Below, piece after piece: positions 18,749-28,615 of a stretch of DNA of 58,842 nucleotides (its first letter is position 1; every line of letters begins with the position of its first letter). Below the pieces are notes generated by a model. The model was not told where the DNA came from. It saw only the letters and a list, made by a program, of their open reading frames with translations, and made no database searches. The position numbers were made by a program, and so were the translations under genes. Source of the DNA: Cytophagales bacterium (GTDB taxonomy: Bacteria; Bacteroidota; Bacteroidia; Cytophagales; UBA9547). The stretch is taken from assembly GCA_043769845.1 (NCBI GenBank), contig JAYVIX010000360.1, positions 1 through 58,842 on the forward strand, in the 5' to 3' direction.

Positions 18749-19047
18749 CTTTACATTTGATTACTAGATGAAGGCAATGGCGATGATGGTCTGCCGTATA
18801 TTCTATTTTGTTCAGCAGCAGGACCTTGACTTACTGTGCTATTATTTATTGAAATAAAATAAAATAGCATTTAAATGTTTTAGCAGATGGTTAAGTCCCG
18901 AAAACGTTTGTGATAATCTTGTGAGATTTTAAAAAACGGAACAATATCAACGTTTAAAAACTTAGCAATGAAAAATAACATACTTACCAATGCCTTCTCC
19001 CTAAGCGAAGGCATTGGTTTATTCATCTAAGATTTTTCCAGAATTAA

Positions 19048-19257
19048 TCAAACCAATACCTGACATTGATACCCTAGCCTATTTACGACCGAAAGCACCT
19101 TGTTCACATTGATCTTGTTTGACTCGATGCGCAAAATCTTGTCGCAATCAGAAAGATCAAAATTGACTTTATAATCAGAAAATTCGCCAGAGAGTACATA
19201 CTCTAGCAATTGGCTTTGTGAAGAGTCTGCTACATCGGTTTTGAATACTTCTACCAT
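19048..19257 (-). CDS. hypothetical small protein
   Basis: 69-aa ORF from the ATG at 19257 (MVEVFKTDVADS...) with plausible composition. No recognised family. Confidence 0.4.
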   Translation of the reverse strand: MVEVFKTDVADSSQSQLLEYVLSGEFSDYKVNFDLSDCDKILRIESNKINVNKVLSVVNRLGYQCQVLV

Positions 19258-20029
19258 TTTATTATTATTAGATGTTAGTGAAACAATCAAGAATTAGGAC
19301 CAAGGTAGAATTAAGACAATATGAAGCCTATGAAAAATCGGCAAAGCATCGAAAAAAGCAGGTAAAGTTGCCAAAATGGGGGATGGAATAAAACAAATAG
19401 TGATTCTAATCAGTATTCATGATATTTTCACTCAGCAAATCATCATGTAAGCTGTTGGCAAAATGATCTATTTACAATTGTAGATTGATCTAATAAATTA
19501 CATGAATCAATTGCAGTATGAAAAATTAAATAAAAACTGCTCAATTCATTTTATTAATAATACATCCATTTATTTCCTTCGCACAAATGACCGTAGACAC
19601 TGTAAAACATACAGTTGTTATGGAAAAGGTATTACCGTTAATGCCACAAATGGACAATTTTATAAGTAGGATAATGGTTCTAGCGCCAATTCACAAACCG
19701 TCTCCACTTTAACAAATACTTATTTACGATTCCCCAGGTTTTGTATGAAGGGTTTTATGATATAACTCCTGATGCTAGTTCATGGGGGGCATTTAATGCT
19801 TTTGGAAAAACAGATCTAGCATAGCGGGATTTCGAAGTCTGTAGGAACCTATTATGCCATCCTTGAACTAAAAGAAAGTTTGGATAATACCGACAACAAT
19901 TATACAAACGCTTACTATTGTGCGATAAAAGGAATTTTTGCCAAAGATAAACGGCCACAGAACTGTCTTGAATAGACAATTCTGTGGCCGCAATGTTTAA
20001 GCAATCTTCTTAGAATATTATAACATTAT

Positions 20030-20446
20030 TTATTCTGATTCTTTACTGGCATTTTTTCCAGACGATGATTGTACGTCACGTGTATTTTTTTGGACTGCAA
20101 TAGCGGCAAACATGGTTAGAAGAAACGACATGGCATAAAATCCTTTTTCGCTCTTAGTCATACCTGCGTTCCAAAGACCAATCGTGAGCAGTACGATGGC
20201 CAAAATGGTCGAAATCCATGAAATTCCATAATAAATATCGGTCACAGGCACTCCCTCAATTCTGTCGCGCACACATTTTTGTACCGAAACGGCCGCAAAA
20301 AGCCCGTACATAATGATGGTGAAGTAATAGCCTTTCTCGTTTAAAAGCATTTCGGCATTCCACAAACCAAAATTGTAGGAAATAAATCCAGCAAAAAGGG
20401 CAACCCAAGATGCGCCAACAAATGCTCCTGATGGTTTCTGACTCAT
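20030..20446 (-). CDS. YiaA/YiaB family inner-membrane protein
   Basis: Two tandem two-helix modules (..GLWNA....EKG(Y/F)Y.....L(F/T).....VQK..RD) characteristic of YiaAB. Confidence 0.7.
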   Translation of the reverse strand: MSQKPSGAFVGASWVALFAGFISYNFGLWNAEMLLNEKGYYFTIIMYGLFAAVSVQKCVRDRIEGVPVTDIYYGISWISTILAIVLLTIGLWNAGMTKSEKGFYAMSFLLTMFAAIAVQKNTRDVQSSSGKNASKESE

Positions 20447-20595
20447 AATTATCTATTTTAAAAAGTTTATAATGACAAACTTAGAAGAAAACGGAAGGAT
20501 TACATTTGATAAATGTCAAAAAAAAAGAATTAGCCGTAAAAAGTTAAGCCAAATCTGGTTTAAACTCGGCTTAAATATATGAATTATTATTCAAA

Positions 20596-21633
20596 TTAAA
20601 GATCCAATAAAAACTCCATTGTATCCACACCGTCTGCAAAATCGCTTAAGTTGGGTTTTTGAGCTTCACCAAAAGCGACTTTGTTTTCAATTTCTGGGCA
20701 TTTGCTCACGATACACTGAATGTTGTCTTTGTCAGCTTTAAGCTTTTCTAAAAGAGGAGCTTTGGCGCAGTATCGCTCGTAATGAATGACCGACAAAGGC
20801 GAGTTAAGTGCGTCACTTTCCTTGAAAATGGCAAAATCATTATCAAGAAACGGTTCCAGATTCAGCAAATAAATGGCACGATTGTAAGTGTAGTTGTTGG
20901 CATATTTGTGTTGGTTGATCACATAAGAGCAATGTTCGACATGGTCGATGATTTTGGTAATGTCACTTTCTTGCGGAATAAAAAGCTTGGAAACATTTCG
21001 ACAACCGAGTCCATAATAGGTAAAAATATCTTCGGCCAATAAAGCGATTTCTTCAGGCGATTCGGTTCCGTCTAGCACGGCTACAGATGTTCTATTTTTG
21101 CGGATGATGTTTGGATATTTGCCAAAATAATGTTCAAAATAGCGTGCCGAATTGTTGCTTCCAGTACACACCACGGCATCCATGAGCGTCAATCGTTCGA
21201 CTACTTGTATGAATGGCGCAAATCGCGGTTCTATTTCTGTTATTTTATCAAAAAGAAAACACATCAAAACCGTGTCGTCTTTGCTCAGTTTGGCCAAAAG
21301 AGTGTGACCTGCAAGCAAAACGCATAATGCATCGTGAAAACCAACGGCTGGAATATTGCCCGCCATAATCACACCGATTGATTTTGGAATTCTAGGCTCA
21401 TCCAAAGTCGAATAATTAGATGAAAATATTTTCAAATTATTTTCCGCAAGCATTTCCGCAAGATTGCTCAGTGAGAGTAGGACATTTTTTTCTTCGAACC
21501 ACGGATTGGCGTATTTGGCACGTGCGGCCAAGGAAAGTTTTTGATCCGAATCGAGTGATTTAAGTGCTTCGCCAAGCTTTACGAAACAATTTAGGCGTTC
21601 AGAAAGTTGTAGTGAGGCTGTATTCTGGGTCAT
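20596..21633 (-). CDS. LuxC-like acyl-CoA reductase family protein
   Basis: 345 aa. The size and the divergent pairing with a ferredoxin gene fit the conserved Bacteroidota acyl-CoA reductase. Family call from memory. Confidence 0.6.
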   Translation of the reverse strand: MTQNTASLQLSERLNCFVKLGEALKSLDSDQKLSLAARAKYANPWFEEKNVLLSLSNLAEMLAENNLKIFSSNYSTLDEPRIPKSIGVIMAGNIPAVGFHDALCVLLAGHTLLAKLSKDDTVLMCFLFDKITEIEPRFAPFIQVVERLTLMDAVVCTGSNNSARYFEHYFGKYPNIIRKNRTSVAVLDGTESPEEIALLAEDIFTYYGLGCRNVSKLFIPQESDITKIIDHVEHCSYVINQHKYANNYTYNRAIYLLNLEPFLDNDFAIFKESDALNSPLSVIHYERYCAKAPLLEKLKADKDNIQCIVSKCPEIENKVAFGEAQKPNLSDFADGVDTMEFLLDL

Positions 21634-21802
21634 TTTAGATAGATTCAGGAGAAAACTGAGTAATATAATGGTTTGAAAATCAATAGACTAATAAAAATAT
21701 TCCTTCCATTTGAATTGAATACTTTCGTTTTGCAAAGTTATATTAAACGAGTATTGCTAAATTGCGTCCCCAAAATTTGTTACAGAATAAAAGATTTCGG
21801 TC

Positions 21803-22150
21803 ATGGCTATTATAATTACAGAAGAGTGCATTAACTGCGGGGCTTGCGAACCAGAGTGTCCAAACACTGCCATCTATGAAGGCGGAGCCAAGTGGACTTG
21901 GGGAGGTGGTACAAAACTGACCGAAGTAGAAATGGAAGACGGCACCATGATAGACGGCAAAGCGCAACAAGACCCCGTTTCGCCAGAATTCTATTACATT
22001 GTTCCCAATAAATGTACTGAGTGTACCGGTTTTCACGAAGAACCACAATGTGCAGCCGTTTGTCCAGTAGATTGCTGTGTAGACGACCCAGACGTGCGCG
22101 AATCAAAAGAAGAACTTGAAGCCAAAAAAGCGTGGTTGCACGCTGAGTAG
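21803..22150 (+). CDS. 4Fe-4S dicluster ferredoxin
   Basis: Two cluster motifs: [12 protein letters not shown] and CTECTG....[11 protein letters not shown]. Confidence 0.85.
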   Translation: MAIIITEECINCGACEPECPNTAIYEGGAKWTWGGGTKLTEVEMEDGTMIDGKAQQDPVSPEFYYIVPNKCTECTGFHEEPQCAAVCPVDCCVDDPDVRESKEELEAKKAWLHAE

Positions 22151-22174
22151 TTTTTAGAAGGTTTTCGGTCTTTT

Positions 22175-22213
22175 AAAGCGGAAGAAAGGTTTTGCCATTC
22201 TTCCGCTTTTTTG
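22175..22213 (+). terminator. rho-independent terminator of the ferredoxin gene
   Basis: Stem aaagcggaagaa / ttcttccgcttt followed by a T-run. Confidence 0.65.
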
Positions 22214-22265
22214 TGATTTGACTCTTTTTGCTTTCTCTACTGAAACCAAATTGAAAGAAATCATT

Positions 22266-23483
22266 CTAAACCACTCCAAATCCAGCCTTTTTCAAATCGT
22301 TCCAATAACCTGGATATGATTTATTGACTACGCTCGGTTCTTCGATCACTAAATCAGCCACAAATGCAAGTGGTGCAAATGCCATGGCCATACGATGATC
22401 GTCATAGGTATGGATAGTGATGTTTTTAGGAATATCTGTTGAAGGCACAACTTCAAACCAGCCTTCGCCCAAATCGTTCAGCGAAGCGTTAAATTTCTTT
22501 AGTTCGTTTTGAAGTGCTAAAATACGATCGGTTTCTTTGATTCGAAGACTTTCTATTCCTTTCATTTTCAGCTTGATGCCTTTCACCGCGGCACATGCTA
22601 CTACTGTTTGTGCCAAATCTGGACAATCGGCAAAATCGACTGTTACCTCGGTTTGGTGCGCTTTCTTTTTTAGCAAAATACCTTCTTCCGTAAACGAAGA
22701 AGCTACTCCAAAACTATCCATAATGCCCACAATGGCGCTGTCGCCTTGTAATGAATTTTGTTTCAAGCCCAACAATTCTATTTCAGCATTTTCGGCCAAT
22801 GCCACTACGCTGAACCAATAGCTTGCGCCCGACCAGTCGGATTCGATGGTGTATTGGTTGGCAGTATATTCTTGTTTTGGAACACTGATTGTGTTTCCAA
22901 CCCAAGTATGGCTCACACCAAAAAGCTTCATCAAATCCAACGTCATTTCGATGTATGGACGAGAAGCCACTTTGCCCGTCAATTCCAATTCCAAACCATT
23001 TGGCATTAGAATACTCGACATCAAAAGAGCCGAAATGTATTGGCTACTCACATCGCCTTGTATCTGGATTTTGTCCGATTTTGACGAAAAACCTTTTATT
23101 TCGACTGGCGGATAACCTTCCACGCCAAGGTATTGAATGTCAGCACCCAAAAGTCGAAGTGCATCTACCAAAATTTTCACTGGTCGTTCGCACATACGAG
23201 GCGTACCTGTCATGATTCTGTTTTCTCCGCTCAAGGCTTTCAATGCGATCAGGAAACGCATGGTAGTTCCTGCGTCCAACACATCAAGCGTTTTGTCATT
23301 TGAAAGCAAGAGTCGTTGCATCGTTTGGGTGTCACGCGCATCAGAAAGGTTTTTTAGTTCGCATTTATTGCCCGAAACAGCATTGATGATCAGTGCACGA
23401 TTGCTTTCGCTTTTCGAAGAACTAAGTTTTATTCTCGTGTGAATAGCCGCAATGGGCTTGGTTACTAGGACTTTATCAGACAT
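22266..23483 (-). CDS. aroA: 3-phosphoshikimate 1-carboxyvinyltransferase (EPSP synthase)
   Basis: LSSSKSESNRALI near the N-terminus and DDHRMAMAFAPL near the C-terminus. Confidence 0.9.
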   Translation of the reverse strand: MSDKVLVTKPIAAIHTRIKLSSSKSESNRALIINAVSGNKCELKNLSDARDTQTMQRLLLSNDKTLDVLDAGTTMRFLIALKALSGENRIMTGTPRMCERPVKILVDALRLLGADIQYLGVEGYPPVEIKGFSSKSDKIQIQGDVSSQYISALLMSSILMPNGLELELTGKVASRPYIEMTLDLMKLFGVSHTWVGNTISVPKQEYTANQYTIESDWSGASYWFSVVALAENAEIELLGLKQNSLQGDSAIVGIMDSFGVASSFTEEGILLKKKAHQTEVTVDFADCPDLAQTVVACAAVKGIKLKMKGIESLRIKETDRILALQNELKKFNASLNDLGEGWFEVVPSTDIPKNITIHTYDDHRMAMAFAPLAFVADLVIEEPSVVNKSYPGYWNDLKKAGFGVV

Positions 23484-23529
23484 TGGAAGAAAGTTCAGAA
23501 GAAAAATGTGGTTCGAAATCTCGAATCAC

Positions 23530-23952
23530 TTAGTTTTTATTTAAGAAATAATTTAATGCCATTTCATACCCATACAACCCGAAACCTGTCAAACAAGCTT
23601 TGGCTTTTGCGCCTGAATAACTTTTGTGGCGAAATTCTTCACGCGAATGTATGTTCGAAATATGTACTTCTACTACTGGCGTTTTGATTCCCGAAATGGC
23701 ATCAGCCAAAGCGATAGAAGTGTGAGTATATGCGCCAAAATTGACAATAATACCATCGTGACTAAAACCTACTTCATGCAATTTATCAATCAAAAAACCT
23801 TCCACATTCGATTGGAAATATTCTAATTCAACATGTGGATATTTTGCTTTCAGTTCTTCAAAATACTGCTCGAAACTTTTGTTTCCATAGATTTCGGGCT
23901 CTCTTTTGCCCAAGAGGTTCAAGTTTGGCCCGTTGATGAGGATGATTTTCAT
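23530..23952 (-). CDS. aroQ: type II 3-dehydroquinate dehydratase
   Basis: ILINGPNLNLLGKREPEIYG and HISNIHSRE motifs. Confidence 0.9.
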   Translation of the reverse strand: MKIILINGPNLNLLGKREPEIYGNKSFEQYFEELKAKYPHVELEYFQSNVEGFLIDKLHEVGFSHDGIIVNFGAYTHTSIALADAISGIKTPVVEVHISNIHSREEFRHKSYSGAKAKACLTGFGLYGYEMALNYFLNKN

Positions 23953-24041
23953 GGTCTTGCGTTCGGTTGCGAATTTAAGGCTAAAAAATGTAATCAGCTA
24001 TTTCCTCTTATTTCTAACGATTACAATCGACCTGAAAAATA

Positions 24042-25259
24042 CTACTTTACCAAACTATTGAACCAAACTAGCACATCGCTCACCATAGGCAATGCGCCCG
24101 AACTGTGGTCTTGATTAGGCAAAGGCACAAAACTGACGGAAGTCGCTCCCAAATTGAGCATATGACGATAGGTTGAATCGGAATCAGAAAAAGGAACAAC
24201 TTCGTCCTGATCGCCATGATATAATCGGAGTGGTGTATTTGGTTTCCAATCGTATAAACTATTGACGCTGAGTGCATTCGAAAACTGTAAGTCGGTTCCG
24301 TTTTTTACCGAAGCAATAAAATTTTGTTGTAACAAAGTGTCCAACCGCTCCGAAAGATTGGCATTAATCGTATTGGCAGAGGTTGTTCCATTGATCAAAT
24401 TGGGGATTCGCGAAGCAAAAGGCTCTTTGAAATAATAGGAAAGCGGAGTGTTCCAATCGTTCGAAATCCGAAACGACTGCACGATGTAGGCAATGTAATT
24501 GGGCGAAGGAAAAGAATCGCGTGCAGTAATGGTTTTGAAAATCCCATTCAAATTGTACCCGCCAGCACCGGCAGCAGAGGCTGTCAATTCGAAATTGCCA
24601 ACAGGTTTACTTTCGATGCTTTTCATGGCAGCCATCGTCACGTTTCCGCCTTGCGAATAGCCCGCTAGAAAAAGCTGTTTATTCAGTTTGATGTTTTTCA
24701 TTTTTGAAAATTCCTCGCTTGCCAAAAGCATATCGCGCACCGCATTGGCCGAATACTGGGCGATATAGTAAGGATGCATGAATCTGGTCACGCTATCAAA
24801 GCCAAGATAATCGGGCGAGAGGGAAAAATAACCAGCCGAAGCCAATGCACTGATTTGTACTTGTTGAATAAAACTATTGCTGGGTACTTCGGCCACGTCA
24901 AACAAAGTGCCATGCTGAAAACTAAGTGTGGGAAACAAAACAGTATCCGTTCTGGGCACACAAATAATGCCCGAAGCTATTGTTGCATTTCCTTTGTAAG
25001 TGGTTTTGTAACGAATTTTATACGTGTCAACATCATAATTCATTTCGGGCAGCAACGGAACCAGTGTAGGTGCGAAATTTCTGATTATCAGACTGATTGC
25101 TCCCATTGTCTGAGTCCGTACTTTGGTGATACTGACCAAATAAGGGCCACTTGGGGCCACTTCGACAGGAACGACTTCTGGCCGAACGTCTTCTTTTTTC
25201 TTCTTACAAGAAAAAAACAAAGACAGAATAAGTAAAAATTTTAATGAATAATTTTTCAT
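24042..25259 (-). CDS. secreted alpha/beta-hydrolase (lipase-like) lipoprotein
   Basis: Signal peptide with lipobox (FFSC), nucleophile elbow GYSQGG, and distal D and H candidates. Confidence 0.6.
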   Translation of the reverse strand: MKNYSLKFLLILSLFFSCKKKKEDVRPEVVPVEVAPSGPYLVSITKVRTQTMGAISLIIRNFAPTLVPLLPEMNYDVDTYKIRYKTTYKGNATIASGIICVPRTDTVLFPTLSFQHGTLFDVAEVPSNSFIQQVQISALASAGYFSLSPDYLGFDSVTRFMHPYYIAQYSANAVRDMLLASEEFSKMKNIKLNKQLFLAGYSQGGNVTMAAMKSIESKPVGNFELTASAAGAGGYNLNGIFKTITARDSFPSPNYIAYIVQSFRISNDWNTPLSYYFKEPFASRIPNLINGTTSANTINANLSERLDTLLQQNFIASVKNGTDLQFSNALSVNSLYDWKPNTPLRLYHGDQDEVVPFSDSDSTYRHMLNLGATSVSFVPLPNQDHSSGALPMVSDVLVWFNSLVK

Positions 25260-25260
25260 G

Positions 25261-26223
25261 TTATAGTTTGTTTTTAGTATCTATATATTCAGACCAAATA
25301 TCAGAGATAATCTCGGCTGCCGTTTCCTGTTTTTGCAGCATTGTTGCAATTTGGCCTATTTCCAATTCTCCGTTTATCAAATCGCCTTCAAAAATTCCTT
25401 TTTTAGAGCGCCCTTTCCCAAGCAATGTTTTCAGTTCTTCTACCGAAGCTCCGTTGGTTTCCAATGTTTTGATTTGTTGATAAAACTCATTTTTCAACAT
25501 TCGAACGGGCGTCAACTGTTTCAGCATCAACTCTGTTTCGCCTTCTTTGGTTTCAATTATTTTGTTTTTAAAATGGGAATGTGCCGAAGATTCTGCACAA
25601 GCCGCAAAGCGAGTCCCGATTTGAACGCCATCTGCCCCCAAAGCCATCGCAGCCAACAAACTGCGCCCCGAGAAAACACCACCAGCTGCGATAATCGGAA
25701 TTTGCAGATATTGTTTGAGCGATGGAATGAGGCAAAAAGTAGTGGTTTCTTCGCGACCGTTGTGTCCGCCTGCTTCGAAACCTTCGCCCACAATAGCATC
25801 CACACCTGCATCTTGCGCTTTCAATCCAAACCTTACACTCGGCACCACATGCACGACCTTGATTCCTTCGTCTTTCAGCATTTTTGTCCAAACACTTGGA
25901 TTGCCAGCCGAAGTAAATACAATCGGTACTTTTTCTTTCAACACGATGTCAACCAATTTATCGATTTCAGGATAAATCAGTGGCAAATTGACCCCAAAAG
26001 GTTTATCTGTAGCGGCTTTTGTTTTGTTAATATGTTCCAAGAGCGTTTCAGGATGCATCGAACCAGCCCCGATAAGACCCAAACCGCCAGCATTGCTCAC
26101 GGCCGAGGCCAACCGCCAGCCACTACACCAGACCATACCACCTTGTACGATAGGATAACTAATATGGAATAAATCCGTAATCTGATTACGAAATGGGGTC
26201 GGTTGTGTTTTTTCTACTGACAC
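25261..26223 (-). CDS. NAD(P)H-dependent flavin oxidoreductase / nitronate monooxygenase family
   Basis: TIM-barrel FMN pattern: YPIVQGGM..., GFEAGGH, IIAAGG. GTG start. Confidence 0.8.
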   Translation of the reverse strand: MSVEKTQPTPFRNQITDLFHISYPIVQGGMVWCSGWRLASAVSNAGGLGLIGAGSMHPETLLEHINKTKAATDKPFGVNLPLIYPEIDKLVDIVLKEKVPIVFTSAGNPSVWTKMLKDEGIKVVHVVPSVRFGLKAQDAGVDAIVGEGFEAGGHNGREETTTFCLIPSLKQYLQIPIIAAGGVFSGRSLLAAMALGADGVQIGTRFAACAESSAHSHFKNKIIETKEGETELMLKQLTPVRMLKNEFYQQIKTLETNGASVEELKTLLGKGRSKKGIFEGDLINGELEIGQIATMLQKQETAAEIISDIWSEYIDTKNKL

Positions 26224-26295
26224 ACTAATATAATTTAGTAAGATTTATTTTGTCTTAATGTGCAAGTTTTATTACTTGTGCAATAATTTTTAAAG

Positions 26296-27747
26296 ATGTC
26301 GAAGTTAAAGAATATCATCAAGCAACTTACTGAAAAGGATTTTCAGAATATCTGCGGCTCGCTGATGGATAGCAGTGCCGAAAAATCGGCTTTTTTACTG
26401 AAGTACATGCGCGAAAAGCAGTTCTCGGACAGTAAGATAATGGAAGAGTTGGACGTGAATCCCAACGCCTATTATACGCTTCGTTCGCGTCTGAACCAAA
26501 AGATCGAGGAATACCTCATCATGCAGATGGAAAACCCAAGGACCGACATCCTTAAAAAAGTAGCTTCGATTCAGGAAATATTTTTTACCAAGAAAAAGGC
26601 GATTATCATCACTTCGCTCAAGAAATTAGAAAAGGAACTGATCGACTACGACCTTTCGAGCGAGCTGACGATGGTCTACAAATATCTGAAACGTTTGCAC
26701 CTTAACTCGCCAGAGCAGTTTCATTATTCACAGCTTTACAACAAACACATCGCCTATATGCTTGCCCTCGACAAGGCCGAGGATTTGCTTGCGACATACT
26801 TTAGAAAATACGAAGATTTATTTCTGCATGGTAAAGATTTCAAAAGCATGGAGCTCACACTGCTCAGCAATGAAATCAACAACGTGTGCAATTTGTACCA
26901 ATCGCACCGTTTGTATGTGTACCAAAGTGCGGTCAATATTTTTCACCGTCTTTTTGTAGAACCCGATTCGGATGGCAAAATTTCTGATAAAGAAAGCATC
27001 GAAGATATTTTTGAACGCGTCCATTCAATCATCGAAACGTACGGACAGGATACTACCTACTATCACCTTCGTACGGTTTTCGAATTCTTGAAATACGAAT
27101 ATTACGAACATTATCACCTGCACTCGCCAGCCGAAAAGCATTACAACGAGGTGAATGATTATGCTTCGGTATTGCTCACCAATTACGGTTTTTATACGTT
27201 TTCGCCCCGTTTCTTATTCTCAAAAATCGAACGAAACCAACGTTTGGGAACGCTTCCCGAATTGTACGAAGAAAACAAAGCACTCTTTGTAGACTATGAA
27301 AACGACTTACATGATGTTGGCCGATATCTGATCTATTTATCCTACCGAGCAATTTGCTGCATGTTTGTCGACAAGTTTGACGAAGCAGCCAAATGGCTTA
27401 ACAACTTATTGAACGAGCTGAGTCTCAAAAAATATCCCGAAGCTCAAGTAGAAGCCAAATTGCTATTGGGACTGCAATATTGCTTAATGAGAGATGAAGA
27501 ATTATTCAATCAATTAATCAACAGTGTACAACGCCAAGTACGCATTTTGGGTAAAGACGATTGCGAGCACATTACCATTTTTATTAAAATAATGAAAAGC
27601 AGCCTAAGCGATAAAGGCAAAAGTAGGCATGGCAAAATCACGATGTTGATGGAAAAACTAAAAGCCAAAGACATGCGCGGCTCTTCGGTCTTGAAATTGT
27701 TGCGATTGGACGACAAACTGGTTGCACAACTTTGTACGGGTCATTAA
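26296..27747 (+). CDS. hypothetical protein (helical, TPR-like C-terminal half)
   Basis: 483-aa ORF with consistent coding composition. No catalytic motif recognised. Confidence 0.55.
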   Translation: MSKLKNIIKQLTEKDFQNICGSLMDSSAEKSAFLLKYMREKQFSDSKIMEELDVNPNAYYTLRSRLNQKIEEYLIMQMENPRTDILKKVASIQEIFFTKKKAIIITSLKKLEKELIDYDLSSELTMVYKYLKRLHLNSPEQFHYSQLYNKHIAYMLALDKAEDLLATYFRKYEDLFLHGKDFKSMELTLLSNEINNVCNLYQSHRLYVYQSAVNIFHRLFVEPDSDGKISDKESIEDIFERVHSIIETYGQDTTYYHLRTVFEFLKYEYYEHYHLHSPAEKHYNEVNDYASVLLTNYGFYTFSPRFLFSKIERNQRLGTLPELYEENKALFVDYENDLHDVGRYLIYLSYRAICCMFVDKFDEAAKWLNNLLNELSLKKYPEAQVEAKLLLGLQYCLMRDEELFNQLINSVQRQVRILGKDDCEHITIFIKIMKSSLSDKGKSRHGKITMLMEKLKAKDMRGSSVLKLLRLDDKLVAQLCTGH

Positions 27748-27748
27748 T

Positions 27749-27854
27749 AGGTTTTGGGTTTTAGATATTAGGTTTTAGGTTCACCATTCAAATTAAAAAA
27801 TGAACTCTAGCGTCATTTTTTGCATAAAACCCAATACCCAACACCTAAAACCTT
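27749..27854. repeat. nested inverted repeat: GGTTTTAGG-type 28-bp arms around a terminator-like hairpin
   Basis: Left arm 27749-27776 vs the reverse complement of 27826-27853 (23 of 28 match). Inner perfect 9-bp stem aaaaaatga (27795-27803) / tcatttttt (27813-27821). Confidence 0.6.
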
Positions 27855-27877
27855 AATTTTGTAGCAAAATATTCCTA

Positions 27878-28591
27878 ATGAAGAAATTACTCGTTTCGTT
27901 TTTATTCAGCACGCTTTTCTTTACTGCCTTCGCGCAAGACCGTCAGACCAAACAGATAGACGAAAGCGAAACAAAACGATACAAGTTTACTTACGAAAAA
28001 ACCAAAATGGCAGAAGGCATAAGTGTCTCGTTGCCAAAAGGTTTTCGTGTATTAGAGGACGGGGAAATGAAATTGAAATATCCCAATTTTCATAGACCCG
28101 TAAAAATGATGACGAGCGAAGACGAAGTAGCCGATTTTGGTTACAATATTTCTTTCAACCAATGGGGCAACAATTACAAGTTGCTGAAAGAATTCATGAA
28201 ATCGAACCACTCGTTCTATTTCAAAGACATCCAATACCTACAAGACACTATCGTGAGGCTGAACGGAAGGCAATACATTGTTTTGGAATTTGTTTCGTTT
28301 ACCCAAAACAAAGAAACCGATCGCGAACTCGCCCCTATCCGCACCTATTCGTACATGATGTATACGGTGGAAGACAACCGAATTTTGATTTTCAATCACA
28401 CCTGTCCAGCTCGCTACATGGACAAATGGAAACAAGCTGCGCCAGCCATTATGGCTTCGATCGCAATCAATCCGAAACTGGATTTGAACAAAGCTACGAT
28501 CCAAAATCCGAGAAGAACGAAAGGAAAAAACCCAACTGAATTGTCGAAATACCAAAACGACAAGAAACAGCCATCTGTACCTAGTAAATAA
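27878..28591 (+). CDS. hypothetical secreted protein
   Basis: 237 aa with a cleavable signal peptide (..FFTAFAQ) and a Lys/Pro-rich tail. Confidence 0.55.
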   Translation: MKKLLVSFLFSTLFFTAFAQDRQTKQIDESETKRYKFTYEKTKMAEGISVSLPKGFRVLEDGEMKLKYPNFHRPVKMMTSEDEVADFGYNISFNQWGNNYKLLKEFMKSNHSFYFKDIQYLQDTIVRLNGRQYIVLEFVSFTQNKETDRELAPIRTYSYMMYTVEDNRILIFNHTCPARYMDKWKQAAPAIMASIAINPKLDLNKATIQNPRRTKGKNPTELSKYQNDKKQPSVPSK

Positions 28592-28615
28592 ATAAGGCTC
28601 AATAAACATACCATT

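Noticed and set aside
18640-19047. Possible RNase P RNA, because AAAGTCC occurs in the repeats upstream of proB
   Set aside because: The rest of the RNase P conserved core (GAGGAAAGUCCGGGC, the ACAGAA.CCGGCUUA-like CR-V, G-rich helices) is absent. The AAAGTCC-containing segment is also duplicated at 44.2 kb.
22537-23442. Cluster of five 83-108-aa plus-strand ORFs
   Set aside because: All are antisense to aroA, whose product is unambiguous.
25333-26172. 279-aa plus-strand ORF
   Set aside because: It lies entirely antisense within the well-supported nitronate monooxygenase-like gene. Its composition (rich in Phe, Cys, His, Gln and Arg, no motifs) is typical of a shadow ORF.
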